Of a DNA stretch of 64,000 bases, positions 25,126-38,621 are shown piece by piece (within the stretch, counting starts at the first letter, position 1; every line of letters begins with the position of its first letter). The translations under genes and the position numbers were made by a program. Location: NCBI GenBank assembly GCA_043228905.1, contig JBHGNT010000003.1, positions 2,232,001-2,296,000 on the forward strand. The letters are read 5' to 3'. Below the pieces are notes generated by a model, which saw nothing but the letters and a program-made list of their open reading frames with translations, made no database searches and was not told where the DNA came from. Origin of the DNA: Azolla caroliniana. Its lineage: Eukaryota; Plantae; Polypodiophyta.

Positions 25126-28100
25126 TTTCAGTCCTTCCTGCGTTCCTATCGCACACAGGGCTATATATGTTGTTAGGGTTATTACCAAAAGCCCTAATTT
25201 AAACATTGAACCTTAATAAAACCCTAGGGCTAAAATAAAGAAGCTCAAAAGCAACAGAGTGTGGAGCTTTGTTCATTCATTTGGAATTTCATTGTACGTA
25301 ATTTCTGTTATTTGTTTTGTAACTCTCAGAAGATGATGTATGTAGTAGAAGTAAAATAAGTGACAAGGACTAAGTGTCCTGTGGACTCATAAAAACATGG
25401 TGGAATATGCTATTTGCAATCCCACATTGTACTTATGATAAATAATTAATTGGTGATTATTGTGTTATTGAGTATCTTGTTACAAGCATTGGTTCTGTAA
25501 GCAAAGCATCTTATCCTCTCCCAATTAAAATGAAGTACGTTCTGTATGAGTCTCATTAGACAATCACATAAGCTTTGATGGCATCACAGCCATAATTGTT
25601 AGGATAACCCAACCCAGCTTAGATAGAGTGCCCACTGTAGCCATAATATCCATAGCCAGTATTTACACAAGAGCTCAACCTAAAGGATGGGCATTGGAAA
25701 GTAATCTGCAACAATCTTATTTGCTGAAATATTGCACATGTTACTTGGTTGGCAATTTGTACACAAATGTGATGAATGGAGTACATGAACGTGCTTTTAA
25801 TTGTTTGTGCCTTGGACGTATTGTCATGTCAGAACAATAACATGTTTGACATAGTACTTGATCTCCTCTATTTATCATTGGTGAACGTCTATAATGAACT
25901 TCCTATAACCACGCCATGATAGCATACAACCTCACGGTGTTTCTTATTACTAATGTAATAAATTGCTTTGTCTAGAGTAGAGCTGAACATTGTACATCTT
26001 GGAGTTAGGATCCCAATTTGTTAAACCATTTGAAGCAATAAAGAGATAGAATAGATCTTCATGTTTCTTGTATGTCCAACATTCACATCACAAGACGACG
26101 AGATGCTAGATTTAGACACCAATCCCAGAGCTTAGTGGATACTTTGCATGAAGATTTCAATTAGTTTTGTTGATAAACGTTTTTTTATTTCATTGTCGAT
26201 TTACCTTGAATCCAAGGATTTTATATTACAGACTTTGCTCCAAGAATGTATAAAATGATGGTTCCAATCACACGTCTATAATCTCAACAATATAATAAAA
26301 ACTGAAGAAAAATTGTCTGGTGATGTAATACACAAACAATCCACAGGTTAAGTCTAGAGTATTGGTATATACTTGCTCATATCACAGCATAGAATCGATG
26401 TGTGCGTTTACAAGATCCTCAATATCAATCAAGGTTTTCAATTTGCAACAAAGAATGATGTATCCTAATGCAACCAAAAAGATAAAGATTTAGTTTCAAA
26501 TCAGATTTAATTTAAGAAAACCACATAAGGTAGATTGAGTGATTATCCAACTGTAATAACTTTTAAAGAAATAAATCACCTTAGGGTTGAGGCAATGAGA
26601 CGAGATACTCTTTGTAGAAAGTCACCTTTTAATATATTGTTACACAAATACGATATGAAGCACAAAATTGTGAAGCTGTTCCCATGCGATCTTATCATTT
26701 TCGATGACAATGTTAATAGAAGTGAACTAAGTCACATCAAGTATTGGTACATATGTACTCATAAAAGCATGGTTGTAATCTGATATTGTACTTATGATAA
26801 ATCATTTGGTGGTTATCAAAGTATTAGAGCATGCATATTTTATGCTTGCGCATAAATTCCGTAAGAGAAATGAGTATGTATTAAAGGTAGAAATGAGGTT
26901 AATATTTTAGGTTGTAATGATCAATGTCATAACTATAGTGGAGATTCGGAGGACTATCATTCAGATTGTGAGTAGTTAGATAGATGTTTCATGGATGGGG
27001 TCAGAGCATGTAGGTCGTAGAGACAAAAAATGTGACAATCTCAAAAGCTCATTGATTTCTTACGAGAATAAAAGTTACCTACAAAAAAGCTCCCCAATAT
27101 TAGTCTGAGGTGTAACACTATTGTATATAAGCTTGTAGATGTTGCTGGATCGTTGGATATCTTGACGATTATCCTCTAGCATCATCCTAAACCAACATTG
27201 TCCTTATCATGCCATCACATATTAATTAATTCAATACACAAAAATTCTGGAAGACCATCATACATCCATATATGTAATGAAATGAATTAGTCTTGGTACA
27301 TTTACGAGACACAGATTATGTGTATGACATTATCCTATAGTCTTTATAATTTGTAATAGTAGTAGCACAAATTGCAAACTATGAAAACGACGGAAAATGT
27401 CAAAAGCATAGAAAAGTGGAACAAAAAACCCAGATTTGCAGTGGCCCACAAGGAATATATCTCACTATCCTGGGAAAGAAAAGTTTGGAATGAGAACTTC
27501 TAACAGAATCATGGATTGGAAAGATGAAAGTCGGATCGGATACTTGGAAACAACTCACTGACAACTTGAGTATACAAGAAGCATATTTTCATTTAGTATT
27601 TGAAGTCAATAATAATATATATTGTCCAGATTCTAATTTTAGTTAATCTCAATCATTGGTTATCTGTGCGCGTCGAAATTCTTTTGGTTTTTCCGAAGAT
27701 AGGCAGGCATCCTTAGCTAGTTTTGGTGGAACCAATGAAGACTCTCAGGGTCTGAAAATTTTCTATATTCTTCACAGAAGGCCAAGGTAAAGGATGTAAA
27801 AAGGGAAGAAGGCCATTCAAGGATGTATATAGCTATGGCCTTTATACTCCTCTTCTTCTTTCTTTCTTTCTTTCTTCCGTATAAAACTATGGCTTTTCTT
27901 CTAGTAATTGTATTAGAGGTTTCCGTTTCGTTTTATATCATGTAAACTATTGAGGAGCCAATTCATCCTGTTTTCTTCTCAAATTATTCATGTTAGTAGT
28001 TTGATACCTGATTTGATATGATCAGTGCAAATGTATCACTGTCATGAAATGTTAAAGATTTTGATGTTATTTACTCTCATTAATCACATTGTGAATATGG

Positions 28101-28836
28101 ATCCTTACAATCCCCGCTTCTCATCATTGCCTGAACACGGGTCTTACCATTGGGTGATCTCTGTGTCCATCATACTCCATTCTTCATTACTGAATGTTGG
28201 GAGCTATGGCTGTTAATTCGAGCTTATAAACAAGAAGTAATAACCTGTTTATTAGTGTTTGCAGCGTGGAGCAAGAACTACCAGAACACCAAACGCCCCC
28301 ATGTTTCACTTATTTTTGTACTTATTTCCTCTCAAACGATCACACCATGTAAATAATGGAGTCAATTCTTTTTTCTCAAATTGTTCATTTAAATTTGAGA
28401 ACTAATTCTAATCCCATTTCATATTGATGTGATCAGTGTTTGTGTTTTGGAACTATGTTGTCATCAGTGCTATATTTACTATCATTAATCGACAGAGAGC
28501 GACACATTAAATAAACAACAACTTTGCTTCAACTTTCCCATCACTGAAAAAAGAAAGGCTTTATCTTTACAATCGAGATAGGGCTACTAGCGTAAATGAG
28601 AATCTAATCCAGGAAGTATAAATTAATGAATGGCACAGAACATGTGTTGAGGAACCTCTTACATCCACAAAGCTTTACAAATAAGGAGTTTGCTTTACGA
28701 TGTATGCGATTTTAAAGTTGATTTTACTCAGCTCATCAACACCCATGACCTGAACCATGTAGGGGCGTGGACAACTTTAGCTGTATGGTTTGGCTATGGT
28801 GCATAAAATGATGAAGTATAGAAGGGCAAGAAAACC

Positions 28837-29322
28837 ATGCTTCTTTGGCTCACTTGTATTGGGGCTTATTCTATAACTACTACTTCTCATAGCAGGGTTA
28901 CATCACTTATGAAGAAGCTGCCTAGACGTTTATAGAGCTTTATAGAGCAAACTCGCAAGGGATTCCCTGGAAATTCATGGATGACCGCATCTCTGCCTAT
29001 GGAGAGACATTCAAGATGAGCCTAGTCGGTTTTGCCAACAGTAGTTCTGGCTAGCCCTTTGGGCAACAAGGCAGCCTTCTCTAACGTCCATGTCTTTTTT
29101 CCCCCAAGCATTCTCTCTGTTTTAGGGACTCAATCCATCGTTGGACATGTCGGAGCTCACGGAACTCGGATTCGGAAGGCCCTCATGATGTTCTTGCGAA
29201 CTGAATCTTTGCAAAAATGCACAAGCCGAGTCGATCTCATCCTCCCCAGGTTCATTAGGGAGCATTTTGAAGGCAAATCCGAGATCATTCTGGAACCCCT
29301 CTTGAAGAAACTCACATTCTCT
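28837..29322 (+). pseudogene. Cytochrome P450 N-terminal fragment (CYP85 clan, CYP716/725-like)
   Basis: Frameshifted ..KKLP..FMDDRISAYGETFKMSLVG/PTVVLASPLGNKAAFSN..GAHGTRIRKALMMFLRTESLQK..LKKLTFS. No downstream exons seen. Confidence 0.75.
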
Positions 29323-31950
29323 AGGCAATATTCTGTTAGTCAAATAAAATCAGCTCACACATTTTGTGAAAGGCGGAAGGAGATGTTTCTAAACTAGAAC
29401 TTAATAACAGAAAAATTACATAATAATTGCTCTGCTTTTACTGAAAGATATACAAGTTTGTTATTGTTTTTTGTTCTTTTACTTTCTTCTTAAGTGTTAT
29501 GTGAGTATTGATATGTCCTGAATTGTCTTTTTGTGCTTCTGATTCTGTTTTGCTTCCATCTATATCATTGACTTCCTTTAAAAGTGTTGAAACTATTATT
29601 ATTTTGATTCCTTACATATGTACAATGTATGTATATAATGCGTTCACTATGTTTAGATTAGCATTTAGAGATCATGTCAACGTGTCAAAACGTGTCAACG
29701 TGTTGTAACTTGTTATGTTTGTTCCCTTATACTAGTACTCAACCCTCAAAGAAATAATATTGTAGCACGACACTTTAGACCGCCTAATGGGCACATAGAG
29801 TATCATGAATACATGCAAGAAAGAGTTGTCTTCGTCTAATTTATTGGTTGGTTTACAAATCATTCATTTCTTAGACCGTAAACAAACAAACAAACAAATT
29901 GGAGCCTCATAAATACAGGCAAGATAAGATCAATTCCATGATTTGGTCTATCACCATCGCCGATGAGGATGTAGAAACATTCATGCGTTCAATGAAAAGA
30001 TTTTGTCATGGTAACATACAATGTCACCATTATTCATTCGTTCATGTTGTCTTTCACATCGATGACAACAATGTATTAGCAATTGGCACGAGAAGCTCTG
30101 TCGTGGTCACTTCAATATTCCTTGTTCTCGCAACAAGAGAAATTTGCAAATGTGTGAGAATATAGAAAATTCCCCAAAACCCAATAAGTCTTGAAAGTAT
30201 ATACACACGCATAAATGTAGTTTGATTTTTCGCTTGCATTTAATATTAGCTATGGATATGGTTGAGAGCATGAAAAAGGCTTAGTTTGTAAAGCACGAGC
30301 TTCCAATGTTTTCCCACGTCATCGTACATTGGTGTTGCAAAATGGCCTTGTTTACAAAGGAATCTAGTGATGCATTAGGAACTAGGGTAGAAGTATTTCT
30401 ATATCGATGTCAACACATTTTGGTGGTATCTAATAAGAGTCAAGGATGGAAGGCTTTTTGTATCGATGTTAACATGTTTTGGTGGAATACAAGAAGACTC
30501 AAGCATGGAAAGTATTCTATTTCATCAAAAACATGTTCTTGTTTCTCTACAATTCAATGTTTAATGCTCACATTTACATTAGGACATTGTGAAAACTACG
30601 ATGAGATGAAATAGGACATTCTAACAACATTGAAAAACGTTAAATGTGTGAGCCACAATATGGAAGTAATTCCTTTATCCACCACATAAGGAACATTTTA
30701 TCTTCTGAAAATTTAATGTTATTGTCATAAGGTAGTTATTTGAGAGCCAATAAGTATAAAAATAAGAGAACCCTCTTGTAAGTTGAGGAAAAAGTGGGGG
30801 ATAACGCCATGGGTTTTACATACATCCTTCAATGACATTCTTATCTCTTCACATCCTTTCCTCACGCCTTCTTCCCCATCCTTCACAACTCAAAGATGTA
30901 TAACAATTTTGCTTTCCTCTCTTGAAACTCCCCATGTGGGGTATGGTTAATTACATTTTGATAAGCAACCCATCTCATGTAAACAAATTAAGAATTGTTA
31001 ATGATGTCTGATGGAAAGCTAGTATTTGCTTTTGTTATCATAGGGTTTTTTCAATTGCCCTCATATATTATTTCCTATTGCTTGTGTATTCTTTTTTCAT
31101 ATGATTTATATAGATATTCTCTTTTGGGTATGGTTTGAAGGAACTAGACTCTTCTTATGTGTGAACATGAGATTTAACAATGAGAATAGACATAAATGAA
31201 AAGTCTATGGGTAAACCATAAAACTTATGACTATATTATCAATCTAAAATAGATTACAACGCTATGTTCCTTGTAGTGGGTACAATCTAGGAACCATGAG
31301 CTTTGTAATTCATTACAAACTGAATTTACGTGTTTCGTCGTGATTGTTATATGATAGTAATATCTTTGAATTTGGAATCAATTGATAAAAAAAGGTGAGG
31401 AATGTATGATAGTCAAATGCAAAGTGGTGGAAAATATTGGAACGGGGTTGTCATCCCCATTGGCCATTTTGTGCCAAGGTGTTTATACGGAAACTCATGG
31501 ATTGGTTGGTTCCCATTGGTGCATATTACTTTCCAGTACCCATCCTTTTAGGTTGAGCTCTTGTGTAAATTTTTGGCTATCAATTGTATGAACACTCTAT
31601 CTATGTTGGGGTACATCCTAACATTATGTTCGCAATGTGATTAATGCGTATATCATGATTGGGTAATGAGACTCATATAGAACATACTTTATTTTAATTG
31701 GGAAAGGATGAGATGATTCCTTCTTTAACCAATGCTTGTAACCAGACACTCAATAATACACTAATCACCAATTAATACACTGTTATGAGGCTATAAGACT
31801 CTTATTCCTTGTCACTTACAAATTAAACTTCTTCCAAGAGTTATGAGCTGCAAATGCAATAATAACAGAAATAACGTACAATGAAATCCCAACTGAATGA
31901 CAAATAACTGAAATAACCGAAGCTTCCTTATTATTGCCTTGAGGGTTAAT

Positions 31951-33453
31951 TTAGGGCTTAGATCGGTAATAGCTTATGACTGTATAGCTTGTCTGCACTA
32001 ATGAGAATATGAGCAGTAGAAACCCCACAAGGAGCGAAATGGTTAGCCATGGCCGAGAGAAATACTTCTCACGAAACTCCACATACACAGGACGCCAACG
32101 ACTCTGATGGTCCTCCAATACATCCTCTATCATGTCGTCCCATTTCTCGCATGTTCCATCGGAGATGTTGATGCACATGTCGTTCCACATCTTGAGCAAC
32201 TTCTCATCACTCCCCAAGTGGTTCTCTATCACCTGCGCCTTTGTCAAGATGGCGACATCCGCAGGTGTGTCGATGAGCGAGTCCATGATGACCGCATACC
32301 TAGTGAGCTCACCTCCATCTTTGAAGGTTTGTTCATGTGCAATGAGATTCCTCAGCTTATCCTCCGTGTCATGTTCCACCACAAGCCGTGGAAGATCAAA
32401 CCGAAGGCTTCTCTTGCTGTAGTGCATCACTGATATGCCACCACCTTCAATCGCCCTGAACCAGACCCCAACTTTCGAGAGCTGTGACGCTGTTGGCAGG
32501 CGCTCGCGATATATAGTTTTCTTGTGAGCCTCTGTCTGGAAAGAATTCAGTAGTCGTGGGAATGTACATGTCGTTATCTTGTGAACTGCTTGTTGCATCC
32601 AGAAATGAATCGGTGGTAATCGTAGGAACCTACAGCGATTGGTGCCTTGTATCTTATTCTTTTGTGGTGGTTCTCTGAGGACCCAAACATATAGGCAATC
32701 AAGTAGATGACTGCACTTGCAGAAATCTGGAGTCCTAAAATTGTCGTCCTCAAAATTCCAGGTAAAGAATGGATCTACTTCTTCGACTAGCCCAGCCAAT
32801 GCTCTATTGAGCTCATCGTTTTCTATGTTGGGTGTTTTCATTGGAAACTCTTTAATCAGGTCCATTAGAAATGACATGGGAATTTGGTTTCCCATCAAGA
32901 ACAAGTCCCTGAAAAATTGATTGAATATGATATTATTTTTCCAGAGTGTTCGGAAGGGGCTGTATTGCTCACTTGCGGATTCCGACTCAGTTGCACATAT
33001 ATACAGAAAGAATTCATAAATGAAGATGGTATCGAGAGTGAGCATAAGCTGGAGGCTTTCAGGACTATAGTCCAGAGGGTTTGAATAATGGGTGTCAAGA
33101 AAAGAACGGGGATCATCGAAGAGGCGTTGCATGAGATCTTTCACATCTGGTATCTCTTGTCTTTGCATGAATCTCCACACACACAGTTCCTTACAACGAT
33201 CGGCAGAGGCGCTGTCACTAAGGATGCCATGCAATGGCCCGATGGTCAGGAGCTGCGGCCGATATGACTCTGGCCTCACATCCAATAATGCTTGCGGAGG
33301 CTTCGAAATCTTCAAACTTTCGTTGGACCCATTGCTATCAGCATCAGTAGTCGCATTGATTCTTCTTATCGTGTTTTCTATCCAGTCATCTCCAAACGAA
33401 ATCACAAATTCTTCTTCATCCATTTGAGGTAGGTCTTCTATGTTGATTTCCAT
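31951..33453 (-). CDS. DUF247 protein, intact with TM tail (locus 7, inverted orientation)
   Basis: 500-aa ORF with all motifs, ending KYFSRPWLTISLLVGFLLLIFSLVQTSY. Confidence 0.9.
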   Translation of the reverse strand: MEINIEDLPQMDEEEFVISFGDDWIENTIRRINATTDADSNGSNESLKISKPPQALLDVRPESYRPQLLTIGPLHGILSDSASADRCKELCVWRFMQRQEIPDVKDLMQRLFDDPRSFLDTHYSNPLDYSPESLQLMLTLDTIFIYEFFLYICATESESASEQYSPFRTLWKNNIIFNQFFRDLFLMGNQIPMSFLMDLIKEFPMKTPNIENDELNRALAGLVEEVDPFFTWNFEDDNFRTPDFCKCSHLLDCLYVWVLREPPQKNKIQGTNRCRFLRLPPIHFWMQQAVHKITTCTFPRLLNSFQTEAHKKTIYRERLPTASQLSKVGVWFRAIEGGGISVMHYSKRSLRFDLPRLVVEHDTEDKLRNLIAHEQTFKDGGELTRYAVIMDSLIDTPADVAILTKAQVIENHLGSDEKLLKMWNDMCINISDGTCEKWDDMIEDVLEDHQSRWRPVYVEFREKYFSRPWLTISLLVGFLLLIFSLVQTSYTVISYYRSKP

Positions 33454-34274
33454 ATTGATATTATCAAGTAAACGTCTTCTTCAGACTTCCACTTCTGTGA
33501 GCACAAACACGATGCTTTCTTGCAGAAATCAAGTAGCAGCCCTAGTCTATTTTTGCAGGAGATAAGAATGGAGAGAAAAAATGAGTGAGAGAGAGAGAGC
33601 AAGAAGAATGCCAGGATCATATGAATGGAGAAAGAAATAGAGACCATTTTATACTTAGAAAGAGTGTATTCCATTCCTTTTTTTAGTCAATTCTCCTACC
33701 ATTTCAAAAATCACGTGAGTGTGGACATACATGATCCGTGCCATTCTTTAATTTATATTACAATCAAGCATGATCTGGATTTTAGAGTGAAAGTTTTCCT
33801 TTTCTATTGGGCAAAGTCTTTTTTGTGTCGCGCTCTGTTGATTAATGATAGTAAATCATACATTACTCATCACATAATTTTCACAAGGTATACTAAGTCC
33901 GATTAGAATTTGGTGTCAAATTCACATGAACAATTTGAGGAAAATGGGGACGAATTCACTCAATCATGTAGAGCAACGCTGTAATTGTTTGAGAGGAAAT
34001 AAGTACAAAAAAGAAAGTGAAACTTTGTGGACGAATTGACTCAATCAAATGTCTTGGAAAAGCTCATGGAACACCGCATTCCTGAACCCACTGGCCTTAA
34101 CAACCAGTTCTTGATCCTCCCCCCAGTATAAAATTAACAAATTAATTAACTGCTTGCTCTTTTTGACTCAGGATCCAGGGACTTTTTGCTCCTTTTAATC
34201 CATTGGGAAATGGGTACTTGTTGGTTTTCTTAAACATTAACCTTTAAAATACAAGTATGGATTTCATAAACTTG

Positions 34275-34660
34275 TGTTGTGTAACTAATTGGCATCTTTG
34301 ATGGGATTTAAGCTCAAAATTGTTGCCGCTTTCTATAAAGTCATGGTTTCCACTGAGATTCCTTTGTTCTGATCCTATTAATTTAGATTCCTTTATTTTG
34401 GCCATTTAGATTCTAAAGCTATGCTTTCATATTAGAGGATGATGAAGATGTGGTGCTACATTAAAAATATAAACTTGTCATATTCTTATTAATGTTGCTT
34501 ACATTTCAATGCCGCGTATTTCTTGTCATTGCCATTTCCTCTCTGACATGATTGTTGCCCATCAGGAAGGAACAAGTCCTATTTTTAAAGGTTAAATGTT
34601 TCAGAAAGCCAACAAATAACCCTTTTCCTAATGTTGGAACTTGGGGATTCAAAAAGACCA
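34275..34660. repeat. ~390-bp direct repeat, second copy at ~40175-40570
   Basis: gtaactaattggcatctttgatgggattta...ccttttcctaatgttgg is shared by both copies. Confidence 0.85.
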
Positions 34661-36099
34661 AAAAGACCCATAGCAACCGTGGTGGCCATGGAAAAGAAAA
34701 AAAGATAAGCAGAGCAGGAGACTGATTTGTGAGGGGGAGGGAGAGTATGAACAGATACGGAAGGGAAGGGATTGAGATTGAGATTGGATGATGATGATGA
34801 TGAGAGAGAGAGAGAGATAGGATTTGGGACGCCCTGATTGGCCCCTCATTGATCTATTCGGGAAATACACAATAGCCACAAATATAATTGTGCATGTACA
34901 TATATATTCACATAGCTATGCAGGTGTATATGTACATGTATGTCTGGTCCCTCCCTGGATATATGTGTGTGTTTTCACTCTCTCTCTTTTTAAGGCCACA
35001 CAATATGGTGATTATCCATACTCCACATTGACAGAATGGAATAGAAACCTCTCTATTTTTCTTTAATTTCCACAAAAGTGAAGGCGACGACCATGAAGAA
35101 ATGATCATTTATGATTTCATGATATGTATAGTAGATAATCAATATTGCAGTTTTAATGCAATTTGCTCCACCAGTCCAACACAACCACCATGTCTATATA
35201 GATCGTATGTGAATGCATGCAAAATGCCATATTTTGAGTTGGAGCACAAGTTTTGAGTCATAGAAGAACTCACCATAACACAACTCAAACCGACAAAATG
35301 AAAAAAATTAGCTAGAGCAAATGGAAAGTGAGGTGTGTATCACTAGGACTCACAATAGATCCTTTTTCCATTTTATTCATTGTAGGACACGTACACATAG
35401 AATGTAAGTTCATCTCCATGGATGAACTATTTGTGTGCCTCATAACATGAATACCCTCTATCTTTCTCTCTAAAGCCTAGGCCCAGTCCTAAAGGTTACC
35501 CATTAGGGCAAAAAGGTGTAAGGGTTCAAATCTTGTTGAAGGTAGGAAAGCTACATGATCTCTTTGTCCTCAACTACTACGACATTCATTGGTAAAGTTC
35601 TTGGGAAAATATTGTGGTGCACACAAGTGACCTTAAAATGTAAGCCGATTAAAGAGAGAGCTTGGGTAACAATGAATGTATCAACTACATCAAACATTGC
35701 TCAATGCATACGATGGTGGTGTGGATTGTTGGTGTTGGACACATGATGGGCAATCTCATCTTCCATTTCGTGAAAAAGCGTTTATATTTGGGGGATGGGT
35801 TGCCTATGGCCAAAAATGACTTTACAATGCCAAGAGAGTGGAGATGGGTGGGATGTGTATGTATGTATGTACATGGCATTTGTTCGTTCATACTACACAG
35901 CTACACACAGAGCAGAGAGAGCAGAGCACAGAAGAAAAAAGAGAGCACAGGGAAAAAAACAAGCAAATAAGAAGACAAAGACAAAGACAAAGACATAGCA
36001 AGCAAAGCAAGCGAAAGTAAAGAGTTAGAGCAGCACAGAGAAGAGAGAAGAAGCAGAGAGAGCATTTCAAAATCAAAATCAGACAAATACGACCATTTA

Positions 36100-36440
36100 C
36101 GGTACAAGAACTGATTAAGAAATCGAATGGAGTAATATCTGCTATTTATGGAAAATGGCATGATTCTTGGCTTCACACACATGGCTTCCATAGTTACTTG
36201 CTTGTACTAATTTCAAACATTTAATGAGGACTCAATTGCTCTGCTTTTTCTCAAATCATTTGTGTTTGGTTTGAGAAATTTTCATGGGTTGTTCGCTCCT
36301 TTCGGTTTCTTTTTTTACTTTTGAGTATTAGGTATCTTAGAATTCCTCCATCTGTTTGGCTTTTTGAGCATTAAGATCTAATGGAGCACTATAGGGGCCA
36401 TTGGCATGTCTTGTATCGCAATATGTGAATTTTGTGAAAA
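36100..36440. repeat. Direct repeat, second copy at ~41655-41990; partly related to DUF247 upstream sequence
   Basis: ggtacaagaactgattaagaaa...ggaaaatggcatgattcttggcttcacacacatgg...gtgaattttgtgaa is shared by both copies. Confidence 0.8.
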
Positions 36441-37284
36441 TTTCCTCTCTCGCCCATGGTTAACAACAACATTGTCGCCTATAGGATGGAAGCCACGAAG
36501 CGACATGTCACTTAGAGGTTAGTATAGGAGCCTTTGTAGGGTTTACTATCTATCATCTCTTTGGTTTTGATTTTCGAGGAAATATACTACATTAGTGTTA
36601 AGAAACACCATCAAGTTGTATGTTACTATCATTTTGTTACGCTAAGGTCATTATAGACATTCAACGATGGTAAATAGTCTAGCCAAATACTATGGCAAAC
36701 ATGTTATCAGCCGGGTATGATAATTAATACGTGCAAGGCACAAGCAGTTAAAAAAGCATGTTTATGTAGTCCACTCCTCACAATTGTGTACAAATTACCA
36801 ACCAGGAACAATGTGCGAATATGTCAGCAAAAAAGATCACATATTACTTGCCACTAAATCTGAGGTCTTCAATCAAATTTGGCAATGCAATTGTATGGCT
36901 AAAAGTGGGTGATCAATATGTATGTGATTGTCTAATGAGACTCATACAAAGCGAACTTCATTTTAATTGGGAGAGGACAAGATGATTGCTTATTTAAACC
37001 AATGCTCGTAACAAGATACTCAATAATACAATAATCACCAATTAATTATCATAACAACAATGTTGGATCGCAAATATCACATTCTACCATGTTATTATGA
37101 GTCCATAAGAACTCTTATTCCTTGTCACTTATTTTACGACTACTACATCATCTCCCAAGAATTATCAAAAAATAACGGAAATAACGTACCATGAAATCCC
37201 AAATGAATCAACAAACCGAGTCCACACTCTCCATTGTTTCTGAGCGTCTTTATTTTAGCTAGAGGGTTTTGGTGGTGGTGGTGC

Positions 37285-38621
37285 TCAATGATTGTCTTCT
37301 CCGTAATAGCCTGCGATTGTGTAGCCTGTCTGCAATAGGGAGAATAGGAGCAGTAGAAACGCCACAATGAGCGAAATGGTTAGCCATGGCCGAGAAAAAT
37401 ACTTTTCACGAAACTCCACAAACATCGGACGCCAATGGCTCTTATGATCCGCCAGTATATTGTTTATCATGCCGTCCCATGTATCCCATGGTCGAATCTT
37501 GATGTTGGTGCACATGTCGTTCCACATCTGGAGCAACTTCTCATCACTCCCCAAGTGATTCTCTATCACTTGCGCCTTCGTCAAGATCGCTACATCCTCT
37601 GCTGTGTCGATGAGCGAGTCCATGATGATCAGATACATGGTAAACTCACCTTCATCTTTGAAGGTTTGTTCATCCGCAAGGAGGTTCCTGGACACATCCT
37701 CCGTGTCATGTTCCACGACAAGCCGTGGAAGATCAAGCCGAAGCTTTCGCTTGTCGTAGTGCATCACCGATATGTTACCACCTTCAATCGCTCTGAACCG
37801 GATGCCGGCTTTAGAGAGCTGAGACGCTGTTGGCAGGCGATCATGACATATGTTTATCCTGTTGGCAGGCAATCAAGTAGGTGACTGCGCTGGCAAAAAT
37901 CAAGAATTTCAGAACTGTCGTCCTCAGAATAATTCTCTTGGTCGCAATATTTCCAATTCCCCGCAACATTCTTGAATGGATCGACTTGTTTAATGACTTG
38001 AAGCAATCCCATCTCGAGTTCATCCTTTTTGTTATTGTCTTTGCTTGGAAACTCTGCAATCAGCTTCATTAGAAATGACATGGGAATTTGGTTGCCCATT
38101 ACCACCAAGTCGTTCCATACTTGATTCATTGTGATGTAATTGTTACAGAGTATGTCGAAGTAGTCGTGTTCATTGAATATGGAATTCCAACCGGCCGTCA
38201 CAAACAGCAAGAATTCACAAAGGAAGATGGTGTCGACAGTGACCAAAAGTTGGAGGGCTTCATCACTATAATTGGGAAGGTCTGAATAATAGACGCGAAG
38301 ATCAGAAGAGTCCTCGAAGAGGCGTTCCATGAGCTCGTCCACATCTGATATCCCATGTCTTACCATGAATCTCTTTACACACAGTGCCTTCCGTTCATCA
38401 AGAGAAGAGCTACCACTAAGCATTTCATGCAATGGTCCTATTGTCAGGATCTGAGGGCAATATGACTGTGGCTTCACATCCAATAATGCTTTTGGAGGCT
38501 TCGAAATGATCCGACTTTCATTGAACCCATTAGTTTCAGCATTAGTATTGGCATTCTTGATCTTGCTTATCATGTCTGCTCTCCATTCGTCTTTTTTGGT
38601 AGAGGATTTAGATTGCTCCAT
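37285..38621 (-). pseudogene. DUF247 paralog with an internal deletion/frameshift (locus 8)
   Basis: ORF 37854-38621 ends just after HLLDCL. ORF 37285-37872 continues DRLPTASQL..KYFSRPW-TM in another frame. Confidence 0.85.

Noticed and set aside
35500-35545. Isolated B-box-like GGTTCAAATCT (possible SINE)
   Set aside because: No convincing A-box at the right spacing, and no tail or TSD.
35888-36191. Small Cys/Leu-rich 'secreted peptide' ORFs as a possible SI ligand partner for DUF247
   Set aside because: They arise from the antisense strand of an AG-rich low-complexity tract. I found no convincing small secreted partner gene in the window.
37850-37875. Micro-intron rescuing the locus 8 frameshift
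   Set aside because: Sequence is missing relative to paralogs and there is no suitable GT..AG. The duplicated gcctgccaacag indicates a repair scar.
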